From contig JBCQSY010000006.1 in the NCBI GenBank assembly GCA_047178865.1, positions 6,065 to 70,064 on the forward strand: 64,000 nucleotides of DNA, in the 5' to 3' direction. This stretch comes from Rikenellaceae bacterium (GTDB lineage: Bacteria > Bacteroidota > Bacteroidia > Bacteroidales > Rikenellaceae). Positions 54,155 through 63,780 of this stretch are shown in pieces. The position numbers and the translations under genes were made by a program. Within the stretch, counting starts at the first letter, position 1; every line of letters starts with the position of its first letter. The notes under the pieces are model-generated. The model saw only the letters and a list, made by a program, of their open reading frames with translations. It was not told the origin of the DNA and did not search any database.

Positions 54155-54594
54155 ATCTTAAATCTTTGCTTTGGTAAACCATTATTAAACAGCAGAGTAT
54201 AGCCCTTAGCCTCGATAACCGTTGAGTTGTGATTAGAGGTGTCGTAGCTCTCGCCCTTCGAGAGGATTATAGCAATAGTCGCTCCACTTTTTACGCCCAT
54301 CTCAACTGCTCTATCCAAATCTTCGCCTTTCGTGGTGTGACAGATAAGCATATCCAACTCGTCGAGGTTTGAAATGGTATCAACCCCCCAATTATGGTAT
54401 GAACAGTGGAGGATGGTCTGCTCTAGATGAAATGCAATACGTGGAGTCAAACCTATATTAATCAGTTCACGACACACTCCGCCGTGCTCCGCCTTTCGAT
54501 TCTCATAGATAGTTCGAACCAAGCTATAAACAAATGGAGAGTGGATTCCATGTCCACGCCTACGCAGAAACTTAGCTATCCTTCCTCTTATCAT
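54151..54594 (-). CDS. Hypothetical protein with the HGIHSPFVY N-terminus seen in Bacteroidota methyltransferase-like proteins
   Basis: RRRGHGIHSPFVYSL; ATGA overlap with pduO; no GxGxG motif. Confidence 0.6.
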   Translation of the reverse strand: MIRGRIAKFLRRRGHGIHSPFVYSLVRTIYENRKAEHGGVCRELINIGLTPRIAFHLEQTILHCSYHNWGVDTISNLDELDMLICHTTKGEDLDRAVEMGVKSGATIAIILSKGESYDTSNHNSTVIEAKGYTLLFNNGLPKQRFKI

Positions 54595-54615
54595 CGCCTA
54601 CTTTAGCTCTTTTAT

Positions 54616-55923
54616 CTATTCACTCTTGAGTTCACCTGCTAGGTGTCCTGTTGAGAATGCTATCTGCAGGTTGTAACCACCCGTATCAGCATCAAGGTCT
54701 ATCACCTCACCTGCGAAGTATAACCCCTTGACTTTGAGCGACTCCATAGTGTTTGGATTAATCTCAGCGCAGCTAACTCCTCCCGCTGTGACAATGGCAT
54801 ACTCAAATGGAGCGTAGTCGACGATAGGGAAACGCCAGCACTTCAAAATCTCGATAAGTCGCTCGATATTCTCGTCGGTTAGACGTGATAGGTATAGAGT
54901 TGAGTAGACTCCAATCTCCTCACTTAGAGATATAATCAACGGTTTTGGCGAGAGTTTACGAATTAAATCCGCTAAGGTCGCCTTAGGGTCGCTCTCCAAC
55001 TCTGCCATCTCGCGAGCAATACGCTCACGCAATATCTCAGGAGTTAGAGCAGGTTTCATATCGATAGTCAACTCGACACTCTTCTCGTCGATAAGAGCAT
55101 CCACCGCCTGGCGACTAAGTCGCAGAACACCAGCACCCTCGATACCTCTATCCGAGAATGATATCTCACCAAACTCCTCACCTGCCAACTCACCATCGAT
55201 ATATAGGCAGATATTGACATTCTTCAACCATACACTATCCAGCCTCTTGGCTTGAGGATGTGACGAAAGAAGCGGAGTGAGCGAAGGTCGCACCTCCTCG
55301 ATAGTGTGTCCCAAATCGGATGCCATAAGGTAACCATCACCCGTAGAACCAGTTGCAGGGTAGGACATTCCTCCCGTTGCCAAGATTACATTCGCGGCCT
55401 CCTCCTTGCGGATAAAGCCCCTCTTATTGCGATAGGTTACACCATAAACCTTATTCGAGATAGTCATAATCGACAACACCTCCGTATCGTAGATAATCTT
55501 AACCCCCGACTCGTAGCTATACTCCAGCAGCGCATTGGCTACATCCCACGCCTTTCCACTCTTAGGGAATACTCTATCACCCTGCTCAACGGAGAGTCGA
55601 CAACCTTGACGCTCAATAAGTTTTATCGTCGCACGATTGCCAAAGTGTGCAAATGGCACAGCAAAAAAATCTACGTTACATTTAATATGGTTCTCGAACT
55701 CCTCGGCTGCACGTGCATTAGTAACGTTACATCGCCCCTTACCCGTGATTCTTACCTTTCTGCCGCTCTTCTCCATCTTCTCGATAAGAAGCACCTTTTT
55801 ACCATTGCGCGCAGCAGTTCCAGCAGCCATCATTCCAGCAGCTCCTGCTCCAATAACTATCACATCATAGGGGATATGCAGCTCCTGCGATACCTCCTCA
55901 ATACTATCTTTTATCTCATTCAT
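54616..55923 (-). CDS. HI0933/YhiN-family flavoprotein oxidoreductase
   Basis: VIGAGAAGMMAA, ITGKGRCNVTN, LATGGMSYPATGSTGDG, TAGGV, DADTGGYNLQIA. Real start ATG 55923; the ORF-track extension overlaps radC. Confidence 0.92.
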   Translation of the reverse strand: MNEIKDSIEEVSQELHIPYDVIVIGAGAAGMMAAGTAARNGKKVLLIEKMEKSGRKVRITGKGRCNVTNARAAEEFENHIKCNVDFFAVPFAHFGNRATIKLIERQGCRLSVEQGDRVFPKSGKAWDVANALLEYSYESGVKIIYDTEVLSIMTISNKVYGVTYRNKRGFIRKEEAANVILATGGMSYPATGSTGDGYLMASDLGHTIEEVRPSLTPLLSSHPQAKRLDSVWLKNVNICLYIDGELAGEEFGEISFSDRGIEGAGVLRLSRQAVDALIDEKSVELTIDMKPALTPEILRERIAREMAELESDPKATLADLIRKLSPKPLIISLSEEIGVYSTLYLSRLTDENIERLIEILKCWRFPIVDYAPFEYAIVTAGGVSCAEINPNTMESLKVKGLYFAGEVIDLDADTGGYNLQIAFSTGHLAGELKSE

Positions 55924-55936
55924 GCAACAAAAGTAG

Positions 55937-56596
55937 TTATTTAAATTGAGATTGCGAAATTTTCGATGAAACAAAACTATACTCCTCGCTCGCAGCGAGG
56001 ATAAGATGGTCAACCAAGTTGATATCAAAGAGTTCGGCCGCTTGGCGTATCTTCTCTGTGAGCGAGATATCCTCGTCACTTGGAGCGGCACTTCCCGATG
56101 GGTGATTATGCACCACAATTATCTGTGAGGCAAGTAGTTCCACTCCACGCTTAATGATTAATTTGGTATCTACAACAGTTGAGTTAACTCCCCCCTGGCT
56201 CACTCTTAACTTGTCGATAATCGAGTTGGAGGATGTTAGGTACAAAACCCAGAACTCCTCATGGGAGAGAGGTGAGAGAATTGGACGAAATATATCAACC
56301 ACATCTCTACTCGATGTGATAACATGACACTGCTCACTCTGCTCTAGAGCCACACGACGACCCAACTCAGCTGCTGCCAACAAAGTAACAGCTCGCTTTA
56401 GACCCAACCCCTCACACATCCTCAGACGTGAAGGCGACTGCTGCGATATCACAGCAAGAGAGCCTGCATGTTGCTGCAATAGAGACTGTGCACTCCTCTC
56501 ACAGAGCGCATCTTCGCCTAGCAGGAGGGTTAATAACTCCACATCACTAAGTGATTCAACACCTCGCGAGAGTACCCTATCTGCCAACGCTGCCAT
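55937..56596 (-). CDS. radC: RadC (JAB/UPF0758) family protein
   Basis: LSDVELLTLLL, EEFWVLYL, VHNHPSG, SDED, DHLI; TAATG overlap with rnc. Confidence 0.92.
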   Translation of the reverse strand: MAALADRVLSRGVESLSDVELLTLLLGEDALCERSAQSLLQQHAGSLAVISQQSPSRLRMCEGLGLKRAVTLLAAAELGRRVALEQSEQCHVITSSRDVVDIFRPILSPLSHEEFWVLYLTSSNSIIDKLRVSQGGVNSTVVDTKLIIKRGVELLASQIIVVHNHPSGSAAPSDEDISLTEKIRQAAELFDINLVDHLILAASEEYSFVSSKISQSQFK

Positions 56597-57423
56597 TACT
56601 CCTCGATATTATCAGATTTAACTTGAAGTGACTCGTTATCGACCTCTAATTTATCGACACTCTCCAAGATTGCATCGCTCTCTCTATCAGAGATACCACC
56701 CTGCGAGACTGAATATGCAGCCTGCTGCTCAGCCTCCTTCTTGGAGTCGCCCGTACCATAACCTACCTCGACTCCAGAGATTAGAACCTTCGAGCAGAAG
56801 TTATGAACAGAGAGTGATTTTTGACTATTATCTTCGGCGGTTTTAAACTCAATTGGAAGATGTTCTCGTTGTGCCCACTCGATAAGACGACTCTTATAGT
56901 CGGTCTCGACATTCTCGATTTTATCAGAGTCGAGACAGTTTGCAAAGATATCATTTATCAAAAATCTATTGACAAAATCATACCCTTGGTCGAGATATAT
57001 CGCACCAATAAGCGCCTCGAAGGCGTCACCGAATATATGTTTTTGATTATGGTTGCCCGTAGATTTACAGACAACATGTTTATCCAGACCTATCTGGCGA
57101 GCTATAGCGTTGAGACTCTGGCGTGAAATTATCTTAGCACGCAGCTGAGTCAACGAACCCTCACGCAGCTCTGGGTATTCGATATAGAGAAAATCCGAGG
57201 TAACAGCATTGATTATAGCATCACCTAGATACTCCAACCTCTCGTTGTTTATACTCCCTCTACCCTCTATATGGATTGAAGCTGACTTATGAATTAAAGC
57301 CAACTTGTAAAGATCGACATTATAGGGGATAGTCCCTATAATGTCATCTATTACCTTAATAAACTCTCTATCTGCATCAAAATTGCGCCTAAAGAGACGA
57401 CGTATAGCTAATCTAATTGACAC
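56596..57423 (-). CDS. rnc: Ribonuclease III
   Basis: NERLEYLGDA, DAFEALIGAIYLDQG, DYKSRLIEW, SKKEAEQQAA. Confidence 0.96.
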   Translation of the reverse strand: MSIRLAIRRLFRRNFDADREFIKVIDDIIGTIPYNVDLYKLALIHKSASIHIEGRGSINNERLEYLGDAIINAVTSDFLYIEYPELREGSLTQLRAKIISRQSLNAIARQIGLDKHVVCKSTGNHNQKHIFGDAFEALIGAIYLDQGYDFVNRFLINDIFANCLDSDKIENVETDYKSRLIEWAQREHLPIEFKTAEDNSQKSLSVHNFCSKVLISGVEVGYGTGDSKKEAEQQAAYSVSQGGISDRESDAILESVDKLEVDNESLQVKSDNIEE

Positions 57424-57435
57424 GATAGTTGAGAG

Positions 57436-58683
57436 TTATAACTTCTTGAAAATTACAGAAGAGTTGTGTCCACCAAATCCAAAGGTGTTGCTTAGAGCCA
57501 CCTTCACATCACGTTTTTGAGCCTTATCCAACGTTAAGTTCAACTTAGAGTCAATCTCTGGATCGAGATTCTCACAGTTGATTGTTGGAGGAATTACTCC
57601 GTTGGTGATAGCAAATACACAAGCCAACGCCTCAACAGCACCCGCAGCACCTAGAAGGTGACCTGTCATAGATTTTGTTGATGAGATATTGACATTGTAG
57701 GCATGCTCCCCGAACAGACCCTTAATCGCCTTCAACTCAGCTTTGTCACCAAGTGGAGTAGATGTACCGTGAACATTGACGTAATCAATATCCTCGACTG
57801 TAAGTCCAGCATCTTTAAGCGCATCGCGCATAGATTTCATCGCACCCAAACCCTCTGGATGTGGTGCAGTAAAGTGGTGAGCATCAGCAGAGTTTCCACC
57901 ACCGGCAACCTCACAATAGATTTTAGCTCCACGAGCTACTGCATGCTCATACTCTTCGAGAATTAGAGCCGCAGCACCCTCGGCAATAACGAAACCGTCA
58001 CGATCCTTATCAAATGGACGTGAAGCGTGCTGGAAGTCGTCGTTGCGAGTAGATAGAGCCTGCATTGAGTTGAATCCTCCAACAGCTGGCTCATTTACAG
58101 GGGCTTCAGAACCACCTGCAATCATAACATCAGCCTTACCATATCTGATGGTATTCATCGCATCAATCAAACCGTGGTTCGACGATGCACAAGCTGATAC
58201 TGTAGCGTAGTTTGGACCCATTGCTCCATACTTGATAGAGATATATCCCGCTGCGATATCGGCAATCATTCGAGGAATAAAGAATGGACTAAAGCGAGGA
58301 GTATTTCCACTCTCGGCATAGTTCAAACACTCATCAAAGAAAGATTTTATACCTCCGATACCTGAACACCAGATAACACCAACCTGCTCTTTATCAACAA
58401 CATCGAAATCGAGAGTTGAATCTTTAACAGCCTCATCTGCTGCCACAAGAGCATATTGTGCATATAGATCATACTTACGAACCTCTTTGCGATCGAAATG
58501 CTCCAGAGGGTCGTAGTTTTTTACTTCACAACCAAATTTAGTTTTAAATTTTTCGGTGTCAAAGTGTGTAATCAACCCACAACCACTAACACCCTTCTCC
58601 AACGATGCAAAATACTCTTTTGCGTTATTTCCTATAGGATTAATTGTTCCAATTCCTGTAACAACTACACGTCTTTCTACCAT
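57436..58683 (-). CDS. fabF: Beta-ketoacyl-ACP synthase II
   Basis: SACASS, HGTSTPLGD, STKSMTGHLLGAAG, SNTFGFGGHN. Confidence 0.97.
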   Translation of the reverse strand: MVERRVVVTGIGTINPIGNNAKEYFASLEKGVSGCGLITHFDTEKFKTKFGCEVKNYDPLEHFDRKEVRKYDLYAQYALVAADEAVKDSTLDFDVVDKEQVGVIWCSGIGGIKSFFDECLNYAESGNTPRFSPFFIPRMIADIAAGYISIKYGAMGPNYATVSACASSNHGLIDAMNTIRYGKADVMIAGGSEAPVNEPAVGGFNSMQALSTRNDDFQHASRPFDKDRDGFVIAEGAAALILEEYEHAVARGAKIYCEVAGGGNSADAHHFTAPHPEGLGAMKSMRDALKDAGLTVEDIDYVNVHGTSTPLGDKAELKAIKGLFGEHAYNVNISSTKSMTGHLLGAAGAVEALACVFAITNGVIPPTINCENLDPEIDSKLNLTLDKAQKRDVKVALSNTFGFGGHNSSVIFKKL

Positions 58684-58714
58684 ATCAAAATCTGGTTAAG
58701 TAAATACTTTACAC

Positions 58715-58772
58715 CTAATATCTCCCACTATTAACCTCTCATAAAGAGATATTTAGTAATGGGAGATATTAG
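58715..58772 (-). other. Long stem-loop in the acpP-fabF spacer
   Basis: Perfect 13-bp CTAATATCTCCCA/TGGGAGATATTAG closing a further irregular helix; no U-tract. Confidence 0.65.
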
Positions 58773-58792
58773 ATATATCGTTTTTTTTTCGA

Positions 58793-59026
58793 CTATTTGT
58801 GTGACTCGATATAAGACACAGCGTCACCTACAGTTGCAAGTTTCTCAGCATCCTCATCTGGAATTTGAATATCAAACGCCTTCTCAAACTCCATGATAAG
58901 CTCTACGATATCAAGTGAGTCTGCGCCTAGATCGTTAGTAAAACTTGCCCCCATCTCTGCTAGAGATTCCTTTACGCCCAATTTGTCTACAATAATCTCG
59001 ACAACTTTTGATTGTACTTCTGACAT
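58793..59026 (-). CDS. acpP: Acyl carrier protein
   Basis: DLGADSLD phosphopantetheine motif. Confidence 0.98.
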   Translation of the reverse strand: MSEVQSKVVEIIVDKLGVKESLAEMGASFTNDLGADSLDIVELIMEFEKAFDIQIPDEDAEKLATVGDAVSYIESHK

Positions 59027-59190
59027 AACTTTAATGTTTTAATTAATAAATTTTATTTAATAAAAATGTTGTTATCAAGTGATAAATCTGCGCAAATTTA
59101 ATACTTTTTTACTAACTTTGGCTATTATTTCCAGTTTTTTATTACAAAAAATGCAGGTTACTTTTATATGTGTTTAATTTACAGTGGGTT

Positions 59191-59895
59191 ATGAAACTGC
59201 TTTTACTTTCCAATTCTACCAATGCAGGGGAGGATTTTCTAGAATATTCACTTTTTGAGATAGAAAAACATCTCAAAAATGTGAAATCTACCCTCTTTAT
59301 TCCATACGCTGCCGTCGGTTCGAGTTACGACAGTTACTTTGAGATGACCTCACAGCGACTCTCGCAGATTGGAATCAAAGTAACATCTGCACACCACTAC
59401 TCATCACCTAATGAGGCAGTTATCCAAGCTGAGTCGATATGTGTAGGGGGTGGCAACACCTTTGCTCTACTCCACAAAATGCAACAATTAGGGTTAGTCG
59501 AGGCTATCAGTGAGCGAGTTATCCAAGGAGTACCCTATCTAGGGTGGTCTGCCGGAAGTAACGTCACCTCACCCACCATCGCAACAACAAACGATATGCC
59601 TATTATCGAACCAGAGTCGCTCAATTCGCTAGGGTTGATTCCATTTCAAATCAATCCACACTATATCGACACAACGATTCAAGGGCACGCTGGTGAGAGT
59701 CGCGAACAACGTATCGAGGAGTACCTATATTTAAATCGCAAGAGGTGGGTCGTAGGTCTACGTGAGGGTACGATGCTCAAAGTTGATGGAGACGACATCC
59801 ACCTACTCGGTGATAAAACAGCACGAATATTTAGATATGGAGAGACTCCCCGCGAGCTATCGTCGAAGGATTCTCTACAATTTTTACTCAAATAA
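59191..59895 (+). CDS. pepE: Dipeptidase E (peptidase S51)
   Basis: LLLLSNST, VGGGNTFAL, GWSAGSN, PFQINPHY, GHAGESRE. Confidence 0.93.
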   Translation: MKLLLLSNSTNAGEDFLEYSLFEIEKHLKNVKSTLFIPYAAVGSSYDSYFEMTSQRLSQIGIKVTSAHHYSSPNEAVIQAESICVGGGNTFALLHKMQQLGLVEAISERVIQGVPYLGWSAGSNVTSPTIATTNDMPIIEPESLNSLGLIPFQINPHYIDTTIQGHAGESREQRIEEYLYLNRKRWVVGLREGTMLKVDGDDIHLLGDKTARIFRYGETPRELSSKDSLQFLLK

Positions 59896-59943
59896 AACTG
59901 TCGCCTAATGGCGAAGAAAACAATAGAAAAATAGTCAAAAAAC

Positions 59944-60786
59944 ATGAACGTATTTGTTATAGGAGTTGGTCTAATCGGAGGCTCACTATGTTACGCTCTT
60001 CGTGAGCATGAAAAAGAGGTCTCGATTTCGGGTTACGACTCATCACGCGAGAACCTCGACGAGGCGATTAAGCTAGGTATTATCGACAAAGCGGTCGAGC
60101 TAAAAGAGGGAGCAGCAACAGCCGACTTGATTATCGTGGCAGCACCCGTTAGTATCTCGCCAATGATTGCCGTGAAGGTGCTCAACAATATCTCACCAAA
60201 GGCGGTGGTTATCGACGTTGGTTCAATCAAGGAGGAGTTGTGTGAGGTTATCTCACAACACACCTCACGTGGCCGTTTTGTTGCCACCCACCCTATGTGG
60301 GGTACTGAGTTTAGCGGACCTAAAGCTGCGGTCAAAGGTGGGTTCAAGGGGGCTAAGGTGGTTATCTGTGAGAAGAGTAAATCGGACAAGGACGCACTCG
60401 AATTTATCGAGAAGATATATGGTAAATTGGGTATGAATATGGTCTATATGGAGGCTGAAGAGCACGACCTACACACGGCATACGTCTCACACATCTCACA
60501 TATCACCTCTTTTGCTCTGGCACTAACGGTTCTGGAAAAAGAGCGCGAGGAGCAACACATACTCGACCTTGCAGCGACAGGTTTCGCCTCGACAGTGAGG
60601 TTGGCTAAGAGCTCACCATCGACATGGGTACCTATCATCCTCAACAACCGTTTCAATGTGTTGGATGTACTTCGCGAACATATCCACCAACTTCAACTCC
60701 TGCGCAAAGCAATCGAGAGAGGCGATAGCGCTGAGCTTGGTGCGATGTTCTCAAAGGCAAACGAGATAGGTAAGATACTTAAATAA
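59944..60786 (+). CDS. tyrA: Prephenate dehydrogenase
   Basis: GVGLIGGS, DVGSIK, HPMWGTE, HDLHTAYVSHISH, STVRLA. Confidence 0.92.
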   Translation: MNVFVIGVGLIGGSLCYALREHEKEVSISGYDSSRENLDEAIKLGIIDKAVELKEGAATADLIIVAAPVSISPMIAVKVLNNISPKAVVIDVGSIKEELCEVISQHTSRGRFVATHPMWGTEFSGPKAAVKGGFKGAKVVICEKSKSDKDALEFIEKIYGKLGMNMVYMEAEEHDLHTAYVSHISHITSFALALTVLEKEREEQHILDLAATGFASTVRLAKSSPSTWVPIILNNRFNVLDVLREHIHQLQLLRKAIERGDSAELGAMFSKANEIGKILK

Positions 60787-60801
60787 AATTATCACACGGC
60801 T

Positions 60802-61167
60802 ATGACCTCAACAATCGATATTGGTCGACAAGCGGAACAGGCTGCTGTCGACTATCTACGTGGTAACAACTTTATGATACTTGAACGCAACTGGCGCAGT
60901 GGTCGATACGAGATAGATATCATAGCTCAAAGATGGGATACTATCCACTTTGTCGAGGTCAAAAGCCGCACACTTGGTGGATGGAGCAGCCCCGAAGATG
61001 CTATTGATAGCAGCAAAATTAGCTCGATGCAGAGGGGTGCTAGAGCCTATCTCGCACTGAAACGCTCTAAAATGCAGTACCAATTCGACCTTATCGCAGT
61101 CGAGACCCTGTGTGGGGAAATCGAGGAGTTGCGATATATCGAGCGTGTATTTGAGGATAGATGGTGA
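60802..61167 (+). CDS. YraN (UPF0102) family nuclease-like protein
   Basis: GRQAEQAA, RNWR, EIDIIA, FVEVKSR, FDLIAV. Confidence 0.9.
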   Translation: MTSTIDIGRQAEQAAVDYLRGNNFMILERNWRSGRYEIDIIAQRWDTIHFVEVKSRTLGGWSSPEDAIDSSKISSMQRGARAYLALKRSKMQYQFDLIAVETLCGEIEELRYIERVFEDRW

Positions 61168-61214
61168 TTTCGGAGAAAAATTTTGTATATTTGTAGCTCA
61201 TAACTAAAGCCATA

Positions 61215-62456
61215 ATGTTTATATATAATATAGGTATATTTCTATACGGTCTGATTATCAGCATCGTTCAGAGGTGGAACTCAAAGGCCAAATTGTGGAT
61301 TGAGGGTCGAAAAGATATCTTTGAGAGGATGCACGACAAGATTAAACTCGCTGACGGAGAGAATCTTATATGGATTCATGTTGCATCACTTGGTGAGTTC
61401 GAGCAGGGTCGTCCAATTATTGAGACCATCAAACAAGACCACCCCACATCGCCTATCTTGCTCACCTTTTTCTCACCATCGGGGTATGAGATACGCAAAG
61501 ATTACCAGGGTGTCGACTACATCTTCTACCTACCACTCGACACTCCAAGCAATGTGAAGCGATTCCTCGACGTAGCCAGACCGCAAAAGGCGATATTCGT
61601 TAAGTATGAGTATTGGTTAAATATGCTATTCGAGCTACACAGACGCTCGATTGACACATACGTTGTATCTGCTAACTTCAGAGCAAACTCCATCTTCTTC
61701 AAACCATGGGGTGCTCTGCATCGCAAAGCGTTGGCTACCTTCAAGACCATCTTCGTGCAGAGTGAGAGCTCTAAAAAACTACTGCGCACAATCGGAGTGG
61801 AGAGAGTTGTAGTGGCGGGAGATACCCGATTTGATAGAGTTGTCGAGATTGCTCGCACCCTCACCCCTATCGAGAAGATTGAGGCTTTTGCCCAGGGCGA
61901 GAAGATATTCGTCGCAGGTTCGGCATGGGAGCCAGATATCGAGATTATCGCACCTCTAATCAAGGAGTATAAGGAGCTGAAATTCCTGCTCGTACCTCAC
62001 GAGGTCGACTCGGCACATATGCACAAAATAACCGAGATACTAACCGCTCAAGGTGTCGACTACTCACTATACAGCAACTTCGACCCAACGGAGAACTCTC
62101 AAGTGCTTATCGTCGATAGCATCGGCATCCTATCTAAAGCGTACCAATATGCACGCTGTGCATACGTAGGCGGTGGTTTCGGAGTTGGAATACACAACAC
62201 GCTAGAGCCAGCGGTCTATGGAATACCTATCTCATTTGGCGATAATTATGGTAAATTCAAGGAGGCTATCGACCTAATCGACAGGGGCATTGCTCGCAGC
62301 GTATCGACCTCGCAGGAGTTGTCGCAGTGGCTCTCTGAGCTACTATCTAACCCCGCAAAGGTGGAGTATATCGCACAACAAGCGGAGCAATATACCGCAG
62401 AGCAGAGCGGCGCAACAGAGCTTATTCTCAAGGAGATTATGGGTGGTAACGAGTAG
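61215..62456 (+). CDS. waaA: 3-deoxy-D-manno-octulosonic acid (Kdo) transferase
   Basis: WIHVASLGEF, YLPLD, GDTRFDRV, VGGGF, HNTLEPA. Confidence 0.93.
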   Translation: MFIYNIGIFLYGLIISIVQRWNSKAKLWIEGRKDIFERMHDKIKLADGENLIWIHVASLGEFEQGRPIIETIKQDHPTSPILLTFFSPSGYEIRKDYQGVDYIFYLPLDTPSNVKRFLDVARPQKAIFVKYEYWLNMLFELHRRSIDTYVVSANFRANSIFFKPWGALHRKALATFKTIFVQSESSKKLLRTIGVERVVVAGDTRFDRVVEIARTLTPIEKIEAFAQGEKIFVAGSAWEPDIEIIAPLIKEYKELKFLLVPHEVDSAHMHKITEILTAQGVDYSLYSNFDPTENSQVLIVDSIGILSKAYQYARCAYVGGGFGVGIHNTLEPAVYGIPISFGDNYGKFKEAIDLIDRGIARSVSTSQELSQWLSELLSNPAKVEYIAQQAEQYTAEQSGATELILKEIMGGNE

Positions 62457-62483
62457 TTACGCTGTTAACCATGAAAAAAATTG

Positions 62484-62519
62484 AATAATTCAAACCATTT
62501 TTTTTTGGTTTGAATTATT
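62484..62519 (+). terminator. Perfect 14-bp inverted repeat after waaA overlapping the tRNA-Gln promoter
   Basis: AATAATTCAAACCA-T8-TGGTTTGAATTATT followed by a T-run; TTTG 62504-62507 and TACCTTTG 62527-62534. Confidence 0.7.
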
Positions 62520-62543
62520 TTTTTTATACCTTTGCACAACCAT

Positions 62544-62614
62544 TGAGCTATGGTGTAATGGTAACACAACAGATTCTGATCCTGTTATTCTTGGTTCGAG
62601 CCCAGGTAGCTCAA
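62544..62614 (+). tRNA. tRNA-Gln(CTG)
   Basis: TGAGCTA/TAGCTCA acceptor, TGGTGTAATGGTAACAC D-arm, TTCTGAT anticodon loop, GGTTCGAGCC T-arm. Confidence 0.94.
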
Positions 62615-62615
62615 C

Positions 62616-62650
62616 AAAGAGGCTCTCCGCAAATGCGGAGAGCCTCTTTT
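62616..62650 (+). terminator. Terminator after tRNA-Gln
   Basis: AAAGAGGCTCTCCGC-AAAT-GCGGAGAGCCTCTTT, 15 bp. Confidence 0.85.
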
Positions 62651-62767
62651 GTGTAAAGAATCTTTTTGTTGTGTAAAGAGCGGAAGAACTCTTTCATCTC
62701 AAAGAAAAAAAGCCGCAGTCCACCCATGAACTGCAACTTTTAAATCCATTATATGTCAAAACTCTGC

Positions 62768-63145
62768 TTAGAGCCTCTTCTCCTTTGCCTCGATGCACTC
62801 AGTAGCGTGAGGAACTCTCAAAAGTCGAGCCTTTGGGATAAGGTTTCCTGTAGTTTTACAGATACCATAAGTCTTATTCTCGATACGTATTAGAGCCATC
62901 TCTAGATTGCGGATAAACTTCATCTGGTGTGCTGCCAAACGACCACTCTCCTCCTTCGATAGGGTCATTGCACCCTCCTCCAACACTTTGAAGGTAGGTG
63001 ATGTATCCTCCGTATCATTACCAGATGAGTGTGTAATTGTTGCACGAAGCAATTCATAGTCTTCACGAGCACTCTCCAATTTCTTTATAATAACCGCTTT
63101 AAACTCCGCTAAATCATTATCACTATATCTAATCATCGCCTCCAT
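62768..63145 (-). CDS. dksA: DksA/TraR family RNA polymerase-binding factor
   Basis: Coiled coil with DTEDTS tip; LEMALIRIENKTYGIC, RLLRVPHAT. Confidence 0.9.
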   Translation of the reverse strand: MEAMIRYSDNDLAEFKAVIIKKLESAREDYELLRATITHSSGNDTEDTSPTFKVLEEGAMTLSKEESGRLAAHQMKFIRNLEMALIRIENKTYGICKTTGNLIPKARLLRVPHATECIEAKEKRL

Positions 63146-63321
63146 AACTATTGCTATGTTAAGTTAATATATATTTATGTTTATTATGTAAAGGTAGTAT
63201 AATAATCTATAAACACAAAGAAAAGAGAGCAAAAGTTGTGCTAAAATCAAAAAAAATACTCCAACCCCTTATAAAAAGTGGTTAGAGTATCTTTTGTAAT
63301 TTGATAGCTCTAGCTATCTTT

Positions 63322-63567
63322 TTAATTATAGCTACTTATAATTTTCATCGCTGCGTCATATATAGCTGTGTCATCCAGGGTAACAACGCCACCGTCAGGA
63401 CCTTGCTCGATATGAACACCTGCTCCAACTTGCGCCTCTATATGGCTACTTCCGAAATAGTTACGTACTGTGTCGATATCCACTCCTTGTTCATCTGCAA
63501 TGCGCTGTAGGCTACCACTTGGCAATTTATCCTTAATTCTGCGCAATTCGTTAAATGTAATAATCAT
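63322..63567 (-). CDS. Small conserved Bacteroidales protein, probable helix-turn-helix
   Basis: ITFNELRRIKDKLPSGSLQRIADEQGVDIDTVRNYFG; recalled as a conserved putative DNA-binding protein. Confidence 0.7.
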   Translation of the reverse strand: MIITFNELRRIKDKLPSGSLQRIADEQGVDIDTVRNYFGSSHIEAQVGAGVHIEQGPDGGVVTLDDTAIYDAAMKIISSYN

Positions 63568-63780
63568 AATCGTAATATTTTAGATTGGTTTATTTCTTTG
63601 TGCAAAATAGTGATAAATTACGAAACTACCAAATTTATACCGAACTTTTTTCATATAAAACCTCAATTTGTTTAAAAAAATTATTTACATAAAAGAAACA
63701 GTTTTGGCTATAAACATTAAAATAGGTATAACACTTTTTTTTTGCATAAAATTACTACCTTTGTAGAAACCTATAACGTA

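Noticed and set aside
55924-56118. 65-aa N-terminal extension of the HI0933 flavoprotein overlapping radC
   Set aside because: An upstream open frame inside radC; the family N-terminus fits ATG 55923, 13 nt after the radC stop.
55937-56596. radC as a marker of a mobile element or anti-restriction cargo
   Set aside because: Full-length chromosomal type, translationally coupled to rnc within a housekeeping run.
62649-62679. 11-bp direct repeat TTGTGTAAAGA downstream of tRNA-Gln as an att-site remnant
   Set aside because: It does not match the tRNA 3' end, is AT-rich and short, and has no mobile genes nearby.
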